64,000 nucleotides of DNA from Erysipelotrichaceae bacterium (GTDB lineage Bacteria; Bacillota_I; Bacilli_A; ML615J-28; CAG-313), in assembly GCA_015059015.1 (NCBI GenBank), contig SVBG01000005.1:16724-80723 (forward strand), read 5' to 3'. A program made the position numbers and the translations under genes. Positions within the stretch are counted from its first letter, which is position 1; each line of letters starts with the position of its first letter. The notes beneath the pieces are model-generated. The model did not search any database. It had not been told where the DNA came from and saw only the letters and a list, made by a program, of their open reading frames with translations. This document shows positions 17,963-27,184 of this stretch, piece by piece.

Positions 17963-19033
17963 ATGAAAGACCGTTTAGAAGTTATTTGTGCAAGATACAA
18001 TCAAATAACAGAAATGCTTTCTGATCCAAGTATAGTGTCAGATATTAAAAAACTTACTGAACTTTCTAAAGAACAAAGGGGTTTAGAAGCAGTAGTTAAT
18101 AAATATAAAGAACTTACGCAATTAGAAAGAGACATTGAAGACTTAAAAGAAATGAGCAAAGATTCAGATCCAGACTTAAGAGAAATGGCTGAAATTGAAC
18201 TTGTTTCATCTGAGGAGAGAATTGAAAAAATTATTGAAGAAATTAAAATTCTACTTATTCCAAAAGATCCTAATGATGAAAAGAACGTAATTGTTGAAAT
18301 AAGAGGAGCTGCTGGTGGTGATGAAGGTAATATCTTTGCAGGAGATTTATTTAGAATGTATTCTAAATATGCAGAATCACGTGGATGGAAAATAGAACTT
18401 ATGGATTCTGAACAATGTGAAGCAGGCGGCTTTAGCTATATTGGGTTTATGATTAAAGGTGATTCAGTTTACTCATATTTAAAATATGAATCAGGATCAC
18501 ACCGTGTACAAAGAGTTCCATCAACAGAATCTGCTGGTCGTATTCATACATCAACTGCAACAGTACTTGTAATGCCTGAGGCAGAAGAATTAGAAGTAGA
18601 ACTTGATATGAATGATGTAAGAATTGATACATTCTGTGCATCTGGTCCTGGTGGTCAATGTGTTAATACTACTAAATCTGCAATTCGTGTAACACATATT
18701 CCAACTGGTATAGTAGTAAGCTGTCAAGATGGTAAGAGCCAACACGAAAATAAAGCAAGTGCTTTAAAAGTTCTTCGTGCAAGACTTTATGACCATATGC
18801 TTCAAGAAAAAGAAGCAGCAGAAGGTGCTGAAAGACAATCTAAGATTGGACATGGTGATAGAAGTGAAAAAATTAGAACTTACAACTATCCACAAAATAG
18901 ACTTACAGACCACAGAATTGGATTTACAATTCAACAACTAGATAGAGTTATGGAAGGTAAACTAGATAGTGTAATTGAAGCTTTAATTGCCTTTGAACAA
19001 AAGCGTGCACTTTCTGCAAACGAAGAAAACTAA
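17963..19033 (+). CDS. prfA: Peptide chain release factor 1
   Basis: 'RVPSTESAGRIHTS' (PxT region) and 'SGPGGQCVNTT' GGQ motif. Confidence 0.95.
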   Translation: MKDRLEVICARYNQITEMLSDPSIVSDIKKLTELSKEQRGLEAVVNKYKELTQLERDIEDLKEMSKDSDPDLREMAEIELVSSEERIEKIIEEIKILLIPKDPNDEKNVIVEIRGAAGGDEGNIFAGDLFRMYSKYAESRGWKIELMDSEQCEAGGFSYIGFMIKGDSVYSYLKYESGSHRVQRVPSTESAGRIHTSTATVLVMPEAEELEVELDMNDVRIDTFCASGPGGQCVNTTKSAIRVTHIPTGIVVSCQDGKSQHENKASALKVLRARLYDHMLQEKEAAEGAERQSKIGHGDRSEKIRTYNYPQNRLTDHRIGFTIQQLDRVMEGKLDSVIEALIAFEQKRALSANEEN

Positions 19034-19039
19034 TAAAAT

Positions 19040-19065
19040 AAGTCACCAATTGGTGACTTATTTGT
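19040..19065 (+). terminator. Intrinsic terminator after prfA
   Basis: AAGTCACC-AATT-GGTGACTT stem followed by ATTTGT. T-tract is weak. Confidence 0.55.
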
Positions 19066-19185
19066 ACATATTATGTCGCAAACATATTCAATGTATAATC
19101 TGTGAATGAGATAAAAACTAAAACTTTTGTTGAAAATTTGAATTAATGTTATAATATACTTAATAGCTGATTTAGGAGGTAAAAC

Positions 19186-20034
19186 GTGACATATAGAGAG
19201 TTGCTAAATAAATATTCAAGTAGTTGTAAAGAAAAGAACTTAGAAATTGAAGCAATTAAATTATTAATATTAGAATTATCTAATTTTGATGGTGCATCTT
19301 TTCTTGCACACTATGATGATGAAATTGAATTAGATAAATTAAATGTTTTAGAAAGTGCTATTTGTAAATATGTTAATGATTTTATTCCTGTTCAACATAT
19401 TTTAGGATATACTTATTTTTATGGATATAGAATTAAAGTATCAAAAGATGTATTAATTCCAAGATGTGAAACAGAAGAACTAGTTGGATATGTTTTAGAA
19501 TATTATGATGAGATATTTAAAGGAAAAAAGGTGAATGTTTGTGATATTGGTACTGGTAGTGGTGCGATAAGTATTGCACTATCTAAAGAAGAACCAAGCA
19601 TGATTCTTTTTGCGACAGATATATCAAAAGAAGCACTTATTGTTGCTAAAGAAAATGCTATATTTAATAATGCTAATATAAGTTTTTATGAAGGTGATTT
19701 ATTACAACCTTTGATAGAGAATAACTTAAAGTTTGATATCTTAGTATCTAACCCTCCTTATATTGATAAGTATGATGAGGTTGATCCACTTGTTATAAAG
19801 AATGAACCACATCTTGCTTTATTTGCAGATGATTTAGGAATGGCTTGTTATGATAAAATATTAAAAGATGCAAGTAAAATACTTAATACACCTAATATAA
19901 TTATTTTCGAACATGGATATAAACAAAGAAAATTAATGTTAGAATTAGTTGATAAATATTATCCTAATTCAGAATGTGAAATAATAAAAGATTTAAGTGG
20001 TAATGACAGAATAACAGTTATTATCAATAAATAG
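19186..20034 (+). CDS. prmC: Release-factor glutamine N5-methyltransferase PrmC/HemK
   Basis: GTG start 6 nt after GGAGG. SAM motif 'VCDIGTGSGAI' and 'VSNPPYI'. Adjacent to prfA. Confidence 0.9.
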   Translation: MTYRELLNKYSSSCKEKNLEIEAIKLLILELSNFDGASFLAHYDDEIELDKLNVLESAICKYVNDFIPVQHILGYTYFYGYRIKVSKDVLIPRCETEELVGYVLEYYDEIFKGKKVNVCDIGTGSGAISIALSKEEPSMILFATDISKEALIVAKENAIFNNANISFYEGDLLQPLIENNLKFDILVSNPPYIDKYDEVDPLVIKNEPHLALFADDLGMACYDKILKDASKILNTPNIIIFEHGYKQRKLMLELVDKYYPNSECEIIKDLSGNDRITVIINK

Positions 20035-20043
20035 GAGTTTAAT

Positions 20044-20616
20044 ATGTTTTTAAAAGATTTAAATAAATTAACAAAAGAAGATTTAATAGGTAAAATCATA
20101 TGTTTTCCTACTGATACTGTATATGGTGTAGGATGTATTTTAGGTGATGTTGCTGCACTTGAGAAGATTTATGAACTTAAAAATCGTGATTTATCTAAAC
20201 CACTTGCGATACTCGTACCAAATAGTCAATCAATTATTCCGTTTATTAAAGATTGTCCTAGTGTTGCAAAAGAATATATGGATAAATATTGGCCTGGAGC
20301 ACTTACTATTATCTTTAATAAAAAAGAAGGAATTTGTGATAGTTTCACGAAAGGATTATCTACAATTGGCTTTAGAATGCCAAACTCTAAAGTTGCATTA
20401 GAAGTTTTAAATAAATTCGGTCCTCTTGCAACAACAAGTGTTAATATTAGTAATAACCCTCCACTAAACAATTTAGATGAAATAATTAAGTATTTTGGCA
20501 ATAAAATAGACTATATAATTGAAGACAAAGAAATAGTATCTGAAGTATCATCAACAATAGTTAATGTATCAAGTGGAACTCCTATAATATTAAGACAGGG
20601 AGATATTAAATTATAA
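20044..20616 (+). CDS. tsaC: L-threonylcarbamoyladenylate synthase, short TsaC/YrdC type
   Basis: 'FPTDTVYGVGC', 'KNRDLSKPLAILV', 'WPGALTIIF'. No C-terminal Sua5 domain (190 aa). Confidence 0.85.
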   Translation: MFLKDLNKLTKEDLIGKIICFPTDTVYGVGCILGDVAALEKIYELKNRDLSKPLAILVPNSQSIIPFIKDCPSVAKEYMDKYWPGALTIIFNKKEGICDSFTKGLSTIGFRMPNSKVALEVLNKFGPLATTSVNISNNPPLNNLDEIIKYFGNKIDYIIEDKEIVSEVSSTIVNVSSGTPIILRQGDIKL

Positions 20617-20665
20617 ATGTATAAATCACTAATTCTATGGTAAAAATAGGATTGGTGATTTTTTT

Positions 20666-21133
20666 ATGAAAAAAGTATATTTAATTATATTAATTATAAT
20701 ATTAAGTATTGTTACTTCAAGTTGCAATCAAGAAGAAAAGTATGTAAGACTACGTATCATTGCAAATTCTAATTTAGACATAGATATAAGTGATAAAACA
20801 ATTATAAAAAATACAATAAATAAATTATTTGATGAAAATAAATTAACATATGAAACAATTAATACAAATAATTTAAATATGTTATTAAAAAATAATTTAA
20901 ACAAAGACTTATATAATAAAATTTCTATACAAGAATGTATAAGTTATTATCCTGCAAAATCTTATAATGGCAAATTTATTCCATCTGGTAATTATGAAAC
21001 TTTATTAATTGAAATAGGTGATGGGAAGGGGAATAACTTTTGGACATTACTTTATCCTGAATACTTTGGATATGAATTTGAAGAAAGTAATGAAATAGAA
21101 TATCGAAGCTATTTTTACGATTTACTATCTTAA
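20666..21133 (+). CDS. spoIIR: SpoIIR-like (stage II sporulation protein R) lipoprotein
   Basis: Lipobox 'IVTSSC'. 'VRLRIIANSNLDIDISDK' matches the SpoIIR 'lRlHViANSDs' signature. 'NFWTLLYPE' near the C-terminus. Same neighbourhood as B. subtilis spoIIR (prfA/ywlC region). Confidence 0.6.
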   Translation: MKKVYLIILIIILSIVTSSCNQEEKYVRLRIIANSNLDIDISDKTIIKNTINKLFDENKLTYETINTNNLNMLLKNNLNKDLYNKISIQECISYYPAKSYNGKFIPSGNYETLLIEIGDGKGNNFWTLLYPEYFGYEFEESNEIEYRSYFYDLLS

Positions 21134-21198
21134 AAAGCATTAATATTAGTTTTAATTGTAAAAATGTGATATAATGGATATGTGTTAGAGGTGATAAT

Positions 21199-21636
21199 AT
21201 GATTATATCAATTGCAAGCGATCATGCTGGGCTTAATTTAAAAAAAGAAATTAAAAACTATTTAACAAATAAAGGTGTTGATGTAGTAGACTTTGGAACT
21301 AATTCACTTGATTCATGTGATTATCCTGATTTTGGATATCCTGCAGCTTGTGCTGTTAAAGATAAAAAAGTGGATTTTGGCATTTTAGTATGCTATACAG
21401 GTATTGGAATGTCAATGGTAGCTAATAAAGTAAAAGGAATTCGTGGTGCACTTGTTGGAAGCGTTGAAAATGCACATCTTACAAGAGAACATAATAATGC
21501 AAACGTTCTTTGCCTTGCAGCAAAAGATATAGCTACTCCTTTAGTGTTTGAAATTGTTGATGAATTCTTAAATACTGAATTTGCAGGTGGACGTCATGAA
21601 CGTCGAGTTAATAAAGTAATGGATATAGAAAAATAA
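21199..21636 (+). CDS. rpiB: Ribose-5-phosphate isomerase B
   Basis: 'MIISIASDHAGLNLKKEI', 'CYTGIGMSMVANK', 'REHNNANVLCL'. Confidence 0.9.
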   Translation: MIISIASDHAGLNLKKEIKNYLTNKGVDVVDFGTNSLDSCDYPDFGYPAACAVKDKKVDFGILVCYTGIGMSMVANKVKGIRGALVGSVENAHLTREHNNANVLCLAAKDIATPLVFEIVDEFLNTEFAGGRHERRVNKVMDIEK

Positions 21637-21637
21637 T

Positions 21638-21916
21638 ATGGATAATAAAACATTAAAAGAACAAAACTTTAAAGATATTTTAACTGCATCAATATGGAAA
21701 ATATTTGGTATGGCAGGTATTGGACTATTACTTGGCTATTTAGTTTATCGTGATTCAGAAAAAGATGGAGACCCACAAATTTTATATTTATGGTTTTTAA
21801 TCGGTTTATTTACTTTAATTGGTATTATAATGTTTTTAGTAAAAGTAATACCTGCATATAAAAAAGTATTAAAAGAAAGAAAAGAAAAAGCTAATGATTT
21901 TAAAGAGGACTGTTAA
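21638..21916 (+). CDS. Small two-TM membrane protein, unknown function
   Basis: Start 1 nt after the rpiB stop. Two hydrophobic helices and a Lys/Glu tail. Confidence 0.5.
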   Translation: MDNKTLKEQNFKDILTASIWKIFGMAGIGLLLGYLVYRDSEKDGDPQILYLWFLIGLFTLIGIIMFLVKVIPAYKKVLKERKEKANDFKEDC

Positions 21917-21932
21917 TTGACAGTCTTTTTTC
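21908..21932 (+). terminator. Intrinsic terminator
   Basis: GACTGT-TAATTG-ACAGTC followed by TTTTTTC. Overlaps the stop codon of the upstream gene. Confidence 0.6.
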
Positions 21933-22002
21933 TTGCATTTATGCATATAATAATATATAATATATGTGTAAACACACATATAAAAAATAACACATATGTG
22001 TT
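21933..22002 (+). promoter_or_regulatory. Promoter plus two palindromic operator candidates for the ArsR-family repressor
   Basis: TTGCAT (21933-38), 17-nt spacer, TATAAT (21956-61). Immediately downstream: ATATGTGT-AAAC-ACACATAT (21962-21981) and the perfect 14-bp palindrome AACACATATGTGTT (21989-22002). Confidence 0.55.
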
Positions 22003-22026
22003 ATAACTCATACAAAGAGGTGGATT

Positions 22027-22329
22027 ATGGAAAAAGAACAAATTAATAATAATTTAGTATATACATTATCAGAGTTTTATAAAATTATGGCTGATTACAC
22101 AAGAATGAAAATTATATATGCTTTGATGAAAAAAGAACTATGCGTTTCAGATATATCTGAAATCGTAGAAATGAGTCAAACAGCAGTATCATATCAGTTA
22201 AGAATATTAAGAGGTGCAAGACTTGTAAAACATAGAAGAGAGGGTAAAATGATTTTTTATTCTCTTGATGATGATCATATTAATGATATTATAAATACAA
22301 CAGTTATGCACTTAGAACATGAGGAATAA
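22027..22329 (+). CDS. czrA: ArsR/SmtB-family metal-responsive repressor with CzrA-type alpha5 site
   Basis: wHTH 'ELCVSDISEIVEMSQTAVSYQLRILRGARLV'. The C-terminal 'DDHINDIINTTVMHLEH' fits D-x-H-x10-H-x2-H exactly, the alpha5 Zn/Co site pattern of CzrA/SmtB. Confidence 0.8.
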   Translation: MEKEQINNNLVYTLSEFYKIMADYTRMKIIYALMKKELCVSDISEIVEMSQTAVSYQLRILRGARLVKHRREGKMIFYSLDDDHINDIINTTVMHLEHEE

Positions 22330-22332
22330 CAT

Positions 22333-24558
22333 ATGAAAACACATGAATATTATTTTAAAGGCATAGATTGTCCTAATTGTGCAGCTAAAGTAGAACATTT
22401 ATTAAGTAAGTTAGATAATATAGAAGAAGTAAGAGTTAACTTTTTATCTAAAAAAATAATTATTACTTATAAAGACAATATATTAGATCTAATTGAATTA
22501 GAAGAAATTATTAGAAAGATAGAACCTGATGCAGAAATATCATTAGATGATGAGTTTGAACATCATGAAAGTTGCCATGAACACGAACACAACCATGGTT
22601 GTTGTCACGAGCATGGTGAGCATGATCATGAATGTTTTAGTCACGAGCATAGTGAGCATCATTATGAATGTTGTTATGAACATCATAAATGTTGTGAAAA
22701 GAAAATTATAAGTGTTGTTCTATTTGTTTTAGGATTATGTTTTGGAGTTACAGCTTTAATTTTAAGTACTATATTAAAAGAGAGTAATGTTGTAGTTATT
22801 GGTAGAAGTTTATATATTATAAGTTATTTATTACTTGCTTATAAAATAGTATTTAAGTCAATTAAAAATATTATAAAAGGTAATATTTTTGATGAAAATT
22901 TACTTATGCTTATTGCAAGTATAGGTGCATTAATAATTAATGAAGGTTTAGAAGCAATATTAGTTGTATTATTATATACAATTGGTGAATATTTTCAAGA
23001 TCTTGCGCTTGGAAAATCTACTGATGAAATTGGTAAATTAATAGAGTTAAAAGTTGATGTAACACATTTAGATAATGGGGAAGATGTTTTAACTAAAGAT
23101 GTAAAAGTAGGCGATGTTATTGTAGTTAAAGTTGGTGAAAGAATTCCACTTGATGGTATTATTAAAAATGGCGTGAGTACTCTTGATACTAAAGTTATTA
23201 CTGGTGAAAGTATGCCACAAGATGTTAAAGTTGGTGATGAAGTTCATTCAGGGTGTATTAACTTAAGTAGTGTTTTATATATTGAGGTAACTACTTTATT
23301 AAATGAATCAACAACAAGTAAAATTATTAAAATGGTTGAACTTGCAAGTAATAAAAAATCTAAGACTGAAGAGTTTATAACTAAGTTTGCAAGAATTTAT
23401 ACTCCGATTGTCTTAATACTTGCTTTTGTTGTATTTTTAGTAGAATGGTTATTAATAGATAAGTTTTCATTAGATGATGCGTTGAATAATTGTTTTGTAT
23501 TTTTAGTATCATCATGTCCATGTGCACTTGTAATTTCAATTCCTCTTTCAATGTATGGAGGAATTGGTAGATGTTCATCATTTGGAGTACTTGTAAAAGG
23601 TGGAAACTATCTAGAGGCATTATCTAAAACAAAGTTAATTTGCTTTGATAAAACAGGAACACTTACCAAAGGTAATTTTAAAGTAAGTAAAATTTATCCT
23701 ATTAATATTAATTTAGATGAATTTATGAATTATTTAGTAAGTATTGAGTCGATGTCTAATCATCCTATTGCAAAAAGTATTGCTAAATTAGAATGTAATA
23801 AAATGTTAAATATTAATAACGTTAGAGAACTTCCTGGATTTGGTATTATTGGATATTATAATAATAAAGAAATACTTGTGGGGAATTATGAATTAATGAT
23901 AAATAATAATATTGAAATTACTAAACGTGAAGAATCTTGTAATGTGTTATATTTAGCTATTGACAAAATTTGTTATGGTTATGTATTAATAGTAGATGAA
24001 ATTAAAGAAGAAGCATATGAAATGATTAATGGTTTAAATAAATTAGATATTGAATGTGTTATTTTAACTGGAGATAATTATGCTACTGCAAATGATGTTG
24101 CAGCAAAATTAAATATTAATAAAGTTTATGCTAAGCTATTACCTAGTGATAAGTTAGGGAAATTAGAAAATATTATAAAAAATAAAGAGAAAAATACAAG
24201 CGTTGTTTATGTAGGAGATGGAATAAATGATACACCATCAATAAAACTTGCTGATATAGGTGTTGCAATTGGTGGACTTGGTAATGATGAAGCAGTAGAA
24301 GTTAGTGATGTTGTTTTATTAAATAATAATATGAATAATTTAACTAAAGCAATCAAGATATCTAAGTTTACAAAACGTATTTTAACTTGGAATATTATAT
24401 TTGCACTTGGTGTTAAATTTATTGCTTTAATAATCGGAACGCTTGGAATACTTGGAAGTTATGGAATGCTTTTAGGTGTTTTTGCAGATGTTGGTGTATG
24501 TTTAATTACAATTCTTAATACGCTTAGAATTTTAAAATTTGGAGGAAAGAATGAATAA
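22333..24558 (+). CDS. cadA: Heavy-metal (Zn/Cd/Co-type) translocating P1B-type ATPase
   Basis: N-terminal HMA domain 'GIDCPNCAAKVE'. His/Cys-rich stretch 'HHESCHEHEHNHGCCHEHGEHDHEC...'. TM 'SSCPCALVIS' (CPC). 'FDKTGTLT', 'SNHPIAKSI', 'VGDGINDTPS'. Confidence 0.9.
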   Translation: MKTHEYYFKGIDCPNCAAKVEHLLSKLDNIEEVRVNFLSKKIIITYKDNILDLIELEEIIRKIEPDAEISLDDEFEHHESCHEHEHNHGCCHEHGEHDHECFSHEHSEHHYECCYEHHKCCEKKIISVVLFVLGLCFGVTALILSTILKESNVVVIGRSLYIISYLLLAYKIVFKSIKNIIKGNIFDENLLMLIASIGALIINEGLEAILVVLLYTIGEYFQDLALGKSTDEIGKLIELKVDVTHLDNGEDVLTKDVKVGDVIVVKVGERIPLDGIIKNGVSTLDTKVITGESMPQDVKVGDEVHSGCINLSSVLYIEVTTLLNESTTSKIIKMVELASNKKSKTEEFITKFARIYTPIVLILAFVVFLVEWLLIDKFSLDDALNNCFVFLVSSCPCALVISIPLSMYGGIGRCSSFGVLVKGGNYLEALSKTKLICFDKTGTLTKGNFKVSKIYPININLDEFMNYLVSIESMSNHPIAKSIAKLECNKMLNINNVRELPGFGIIGYYNNKEILVGNYELMINNNIEITKREESCNVLYLAIDKICYGYVLIVDEIKEEAYEMINGLNKLDIECVILTGDNYATANDVAAKLNINKVYAKLLPSDKLGKLENIIKNKEKNTSVVYVGDGINDTPSIKLADIGVAIGGLGNDEAVEVSDVVLLNNNMNNLTKAIKISKFTKRILTWNIIFALGVKFIALIIGTLGILGSYGMLLGVFADVGVCLITILNTLRILKFGGKNE

Positions 24559-24772
24559 TACTTTAAATATTGTTTTTTTAATTATATTTTTAGGAATGTT
24601 AATAGTATCTAGTATTGTTATGTTAGATACAAATTTTGAAAAAATATTTAAACAAGGTAAAATTGGATCAATTAGAGCGTTTTTCTTTATAGTTGTGTTC
24701 TTAATTTCTATTTTTACTGCATGGGGATTTAGAGAATTAGTAAGTGTAATTTATAATATTTTAAATTTCTAA
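24551..24772 (+). CDS. Small membrane protein, possibly DUF1146/YwzB-like
   Basis: GGAGG then ATG 24551, overlapping the cadA end by 8 nt. Two TM helices flank 'NFEKIFKQGKIGSIRAFFFIV', which recalls B. subtilis YwzB. Confidence 0.45.
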   Translation: MNNTLNIVFLIIFLGMLIVSSIVMLDTNFEKIFKQGKIGSIRAFFFIVVFLISIFTAWGFRELVSVIYNILNF

Positions 24773-24827
24773 AAAAATTTTGAATAAGAAGTAAAAAAAC
24801 TTCGCATAATAAATGCGAGGTGATATT

Positions 24828-25484
24828 ATGAAAAATTGGATTAAAAAAATTGGCCAAAATAAATTTCAATTTTTCTTCTTCGTTGGAATCGTATGTTTAT
24901 TATTTGTTGCTATAATCGTAGGGAGTATAAATACTAATAAACCAGTAGAAAGTCCTGGCGATGATACAACAGTTACTCCTACACCTACACCTGATGATGA
25001 AGAAAATGTAGGAAGTGTTTCAGAAGAATTTGTTTCAATGCCTTTTGATGCTACTCTTGAATATGAAGTGGTTAGAAAGTTTTATGAAAAAGATGGAAGT
25101 ATTGAAGATCAAACTAAATCTTTAATTAAATATCAAAATAGTTTTAGAACAAGTACTGGAACAAGTTATGCTTTAACTAGTGGTGGATACTTTGATGTTG
25201 TATCTGCAATAGCAGGAACAGTGACTGAAGTATCAAGCAGTCCATTATTTGGTAATTATGTTGTTGTTTCTAACGATGATGAAGTTAAAACTTTTTATTA
25301 TGGCCTTAGTGAAGTCTGTGTTGAAAAAGGTACTAAAGTTTTGCAAGGTGTAAAACTTGGGGTAGCAGGAACTACTACAGTTGACTCAGAAACTGGAATT
25401 CATGTGTATTTTCAAATTTCTAAATCTGGTAAATTCTTAAACCCTGAAAAAGTAATTGGTACTAAGACTAAAGAATTAAAATAA
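24828..25484 (+). CDS. Membrane-anchored LytM/M23-domain protein with degenerate active site (SpoIIQ-like)
   Basis: GAGGTGA RBS before ATG 24828. N-terminal TM, Pro/Thr/Asp linker. M23 fold segment 'GGYFDVVSAIAGTVTEV...GNYVVV...YYGLSEV.V.KGTKVLQGVKLG...GIHVYFQISKSGKFLNP', in which the HxxxD and HxH zinc ligands are not intact. Confidence 0.55.
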   Translation: MKNWIKKIGQNKFQFFFFVGIVCLLFVAIIVGSINTNKPVESPGDDTTVTPTPTPDDEENVGSVSEEFVSMPFDATLEYEVVRKFYEKDGSIEDQTKSLIKYQNSFRTSTGTSYALTSGGYFDVVSAIAGTVTEVSSSPLFGNYVVVSNDDEVKTFYYGLSEVCVEKGTKVLQGVKLGVAGTTTVDSETGIHVYFQISKSGKFLNPEKVIGTKTKELK

Positions 25485-25518
25485 AAACTGTAAGAGAAAG
25501 TCTTACAGTTTTGTTTTT
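25485..25518. terminator. Bidirectional intrinsic terminator between convergent genes
   Basis: CTGTAAGA-GAAAG-TCTTACAG flanked by an A-run upstream and a T-run downstream. Overlaps the 3' end of the minus-strand gene. Confidence 0.7.
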
Positions 25519-26066
25519 GATATAGTTATAATATAAGGAGAATTAGGTCTATTATAATTTAAGTATTTAGTAACTAAATATTTTTTACTACTTAAGTTTA
25601 TTGCATAGTTATCAATAAAATCACTTTCTACTTTTCCTTCTGCATGTCCTGGATATAGACAAATAATAATTAGTAAATTAGGATTATTATTAATCTCAGA
25701 AACAAGTTTTTCGATTGCTATCATTGTTGTTTCTTTTTTTGTTGTAATAGATTTATCTGTATTAGGCAAATAACCTAAATTAAATATTGCAAGATCATAA
25801 AGTGATGCCTCAATATATTCATGTGATTTATGATATAGTGTAACATTATTGATATGTAAATCATGTAATTTTTCTTTTGTTGCATTTATTGCAATCTCTT
25901 GAATATCGTAACTATCAACACTCCCTTTTTCTTTTAAAAGGTTAGCTAAATAAATAGTATCATTACCCATTCCACATGTTGCATCTAAACATCTTATAAA
26001 AGAAAGGTTAGAATTATTAATATATTCTTTAATAATTATATGACTAAATTCAACAATCTTGAACAT
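25503..26066 (-). CDS. ytqB: Class I SAM-dependent methyltransferase (YtqB-like putative rRNA methylase)
   Basis: 'LDATCGMGNDTIYLA' SAM motif, 'FNLGYLPN'. Overlaps and follows the TIGR01212-type radical SAM gene, as in B. subtilis ytqA-ytqB. Confidence 0.7.
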   Translation of the reverse strand: MFKIVEFSHIIIKEYINNSNLSFIRCLDATCGMGNDTIYLANLLKEKGSVDSYDIQEIAINATKEKLHDLHINNVTLYHKSHEYIEASLYDLAIFNLGYLPNTDKSITTKKETTMIAIEKLVSEINNNPNLLIIICLYPGHAEGKVESDFIDNYAINLSSKKYLVTKYLNYNRPNSPYIITISKTKL

Positions 26067-27003
26067 ATAAATCTCCTTGATAATAGTGTTCTTTACGCAT
26101 TAGTTTATCTATTTCATTCATTACAACAAATTTCTTTAATGTCCATGTAGGGGCAATTAGTTCTTTTTTATCTGCATCTCCAGTAATTCTATGAATTACT
26201 ATATTAGGTGGAAGAAGACGAAGTTGTTCTACGACTATTTTTACATATTCTTCCATGGTTAATAGAGGAAATGGATATTCTTTATAAAGTTTTCCAAGTG
26301 GTGAGTTATTAATTACATGTAACATATGAATTTTGATTCCATCAATTGGTAGTTTCCTTAAGAATTTAACAGTGTTAATCATATCACTATGTGTATCTGT
26401 TGGAAGACCATTAATGATATGAACTATAACTGTTATTCCGAGTGATTTTAAGTCTTTTACTGCTTTTACTAATATATCGTTTGAATAACCTCGATTAATA
26501 TATTTTGCAGTTTCTTCATTTGATGTTTGAAAACCAAGTTCTACCCATAAAGGGATTTGTTCATTTAATTCTTTTAGTAAGTTTAATACATCGTTATCTA
26601 GACAATCTGGACGAGTTGCGATAGATAATATTTTTATTTTATCATCTAATTTTTTACCATCTTTAATGATTTGCTCATAACGCTGTTTTAGTTCACTTAC
26701 TGTTCCATATGTATTAGTGTTTGCTTGGAAATATGCTATATAAGCCCCATAGGGCCATTTTTTTTCAAGTATAGATACAACTTCATAAAATTGATCTTTA
26801 ATCGATAGATTAATATTTCCCGCAAAATCACCGCTACCACTAGCTGAACAAAAAATACAACCATTAGTACTTATTTTACCATCACGATTAGGACATGAAA
26901 AGCCTCCATTAAGAGATACTTTGAATACTTTTTCATTGTAGATATTTTTTAAATAGTTATTTAATGTTAGATAATGTTTTTCATTTGTAAATAATTCGTT
27001 CAT
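26050..27003 (-). CDS. ytqA: Radical SAM protein, TIGR01212/YtqA family
   Basis: 'GGFSCPNRDGKISTNGCIFCS' cluster motif. 'ATRPDC', 'ELGFQT', 'INGLP' elongator-like TIM barrel segments. Confidence 0.8.
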   Translation of the reverse strand: MNELFTNEKHYLTLNNYLKNIYNEKVFKVSLNGGFSCPNRDGKISTNGCIFCSASGSGDFAGNINLSIKDQFYEVVSILEKKWPYGAYIAYFQANTNTYGTVSELKQRYEQIIKDGKKLDDKIKILSIATRPDCLDNDVLNLLKELNEQIPLWVELGFQTSNEETAKYINRGYSNDILVKAVKDLKSLGITVIVHIINGLPTDTHSDMINTVKFLRKLPIDGIKIHMLHVINNSPLGKLYKEYPFPLLTMEEYVKIVVEQLRLLPPNIVIHRITGDADKKELIAPTWTLKKFVVMNEIDKLMRKEHYYQGDLYVQDC

Positions 27004-27133
27004 AAATTAAACCTCTATTTATATTTTACTATAAATTTAGTTAAAACAATAAAAACATGCTTTAAAATTATTATATTTTTAACTTTATAACAAGTATAGT
27101 AATTTGATTTAATATAGTAGTTTTCTTTTTTGG

Positions 27134-27162
27134 TTGATAAAAAGAATTAATAATGGTATAAT
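27134..27162 (+). promoter_or_regulatory. Sigma-A type promoter
   Basis: TTGATA, 17-nt spacer ending in TGG, TATAAT. Confidence 0.55.
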
Positions 27163-27184
27163 AGAAATATAAGAGGTAAACATT

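Noticed and set aside
20144-20501. 85-aa (+) and 91-aa (-) ORFs inside tsaC
   Set aside because: They are alternative frames of a well-supported gene (FPTDTVYGVG motif in the annotated frame) and have no independent signals.
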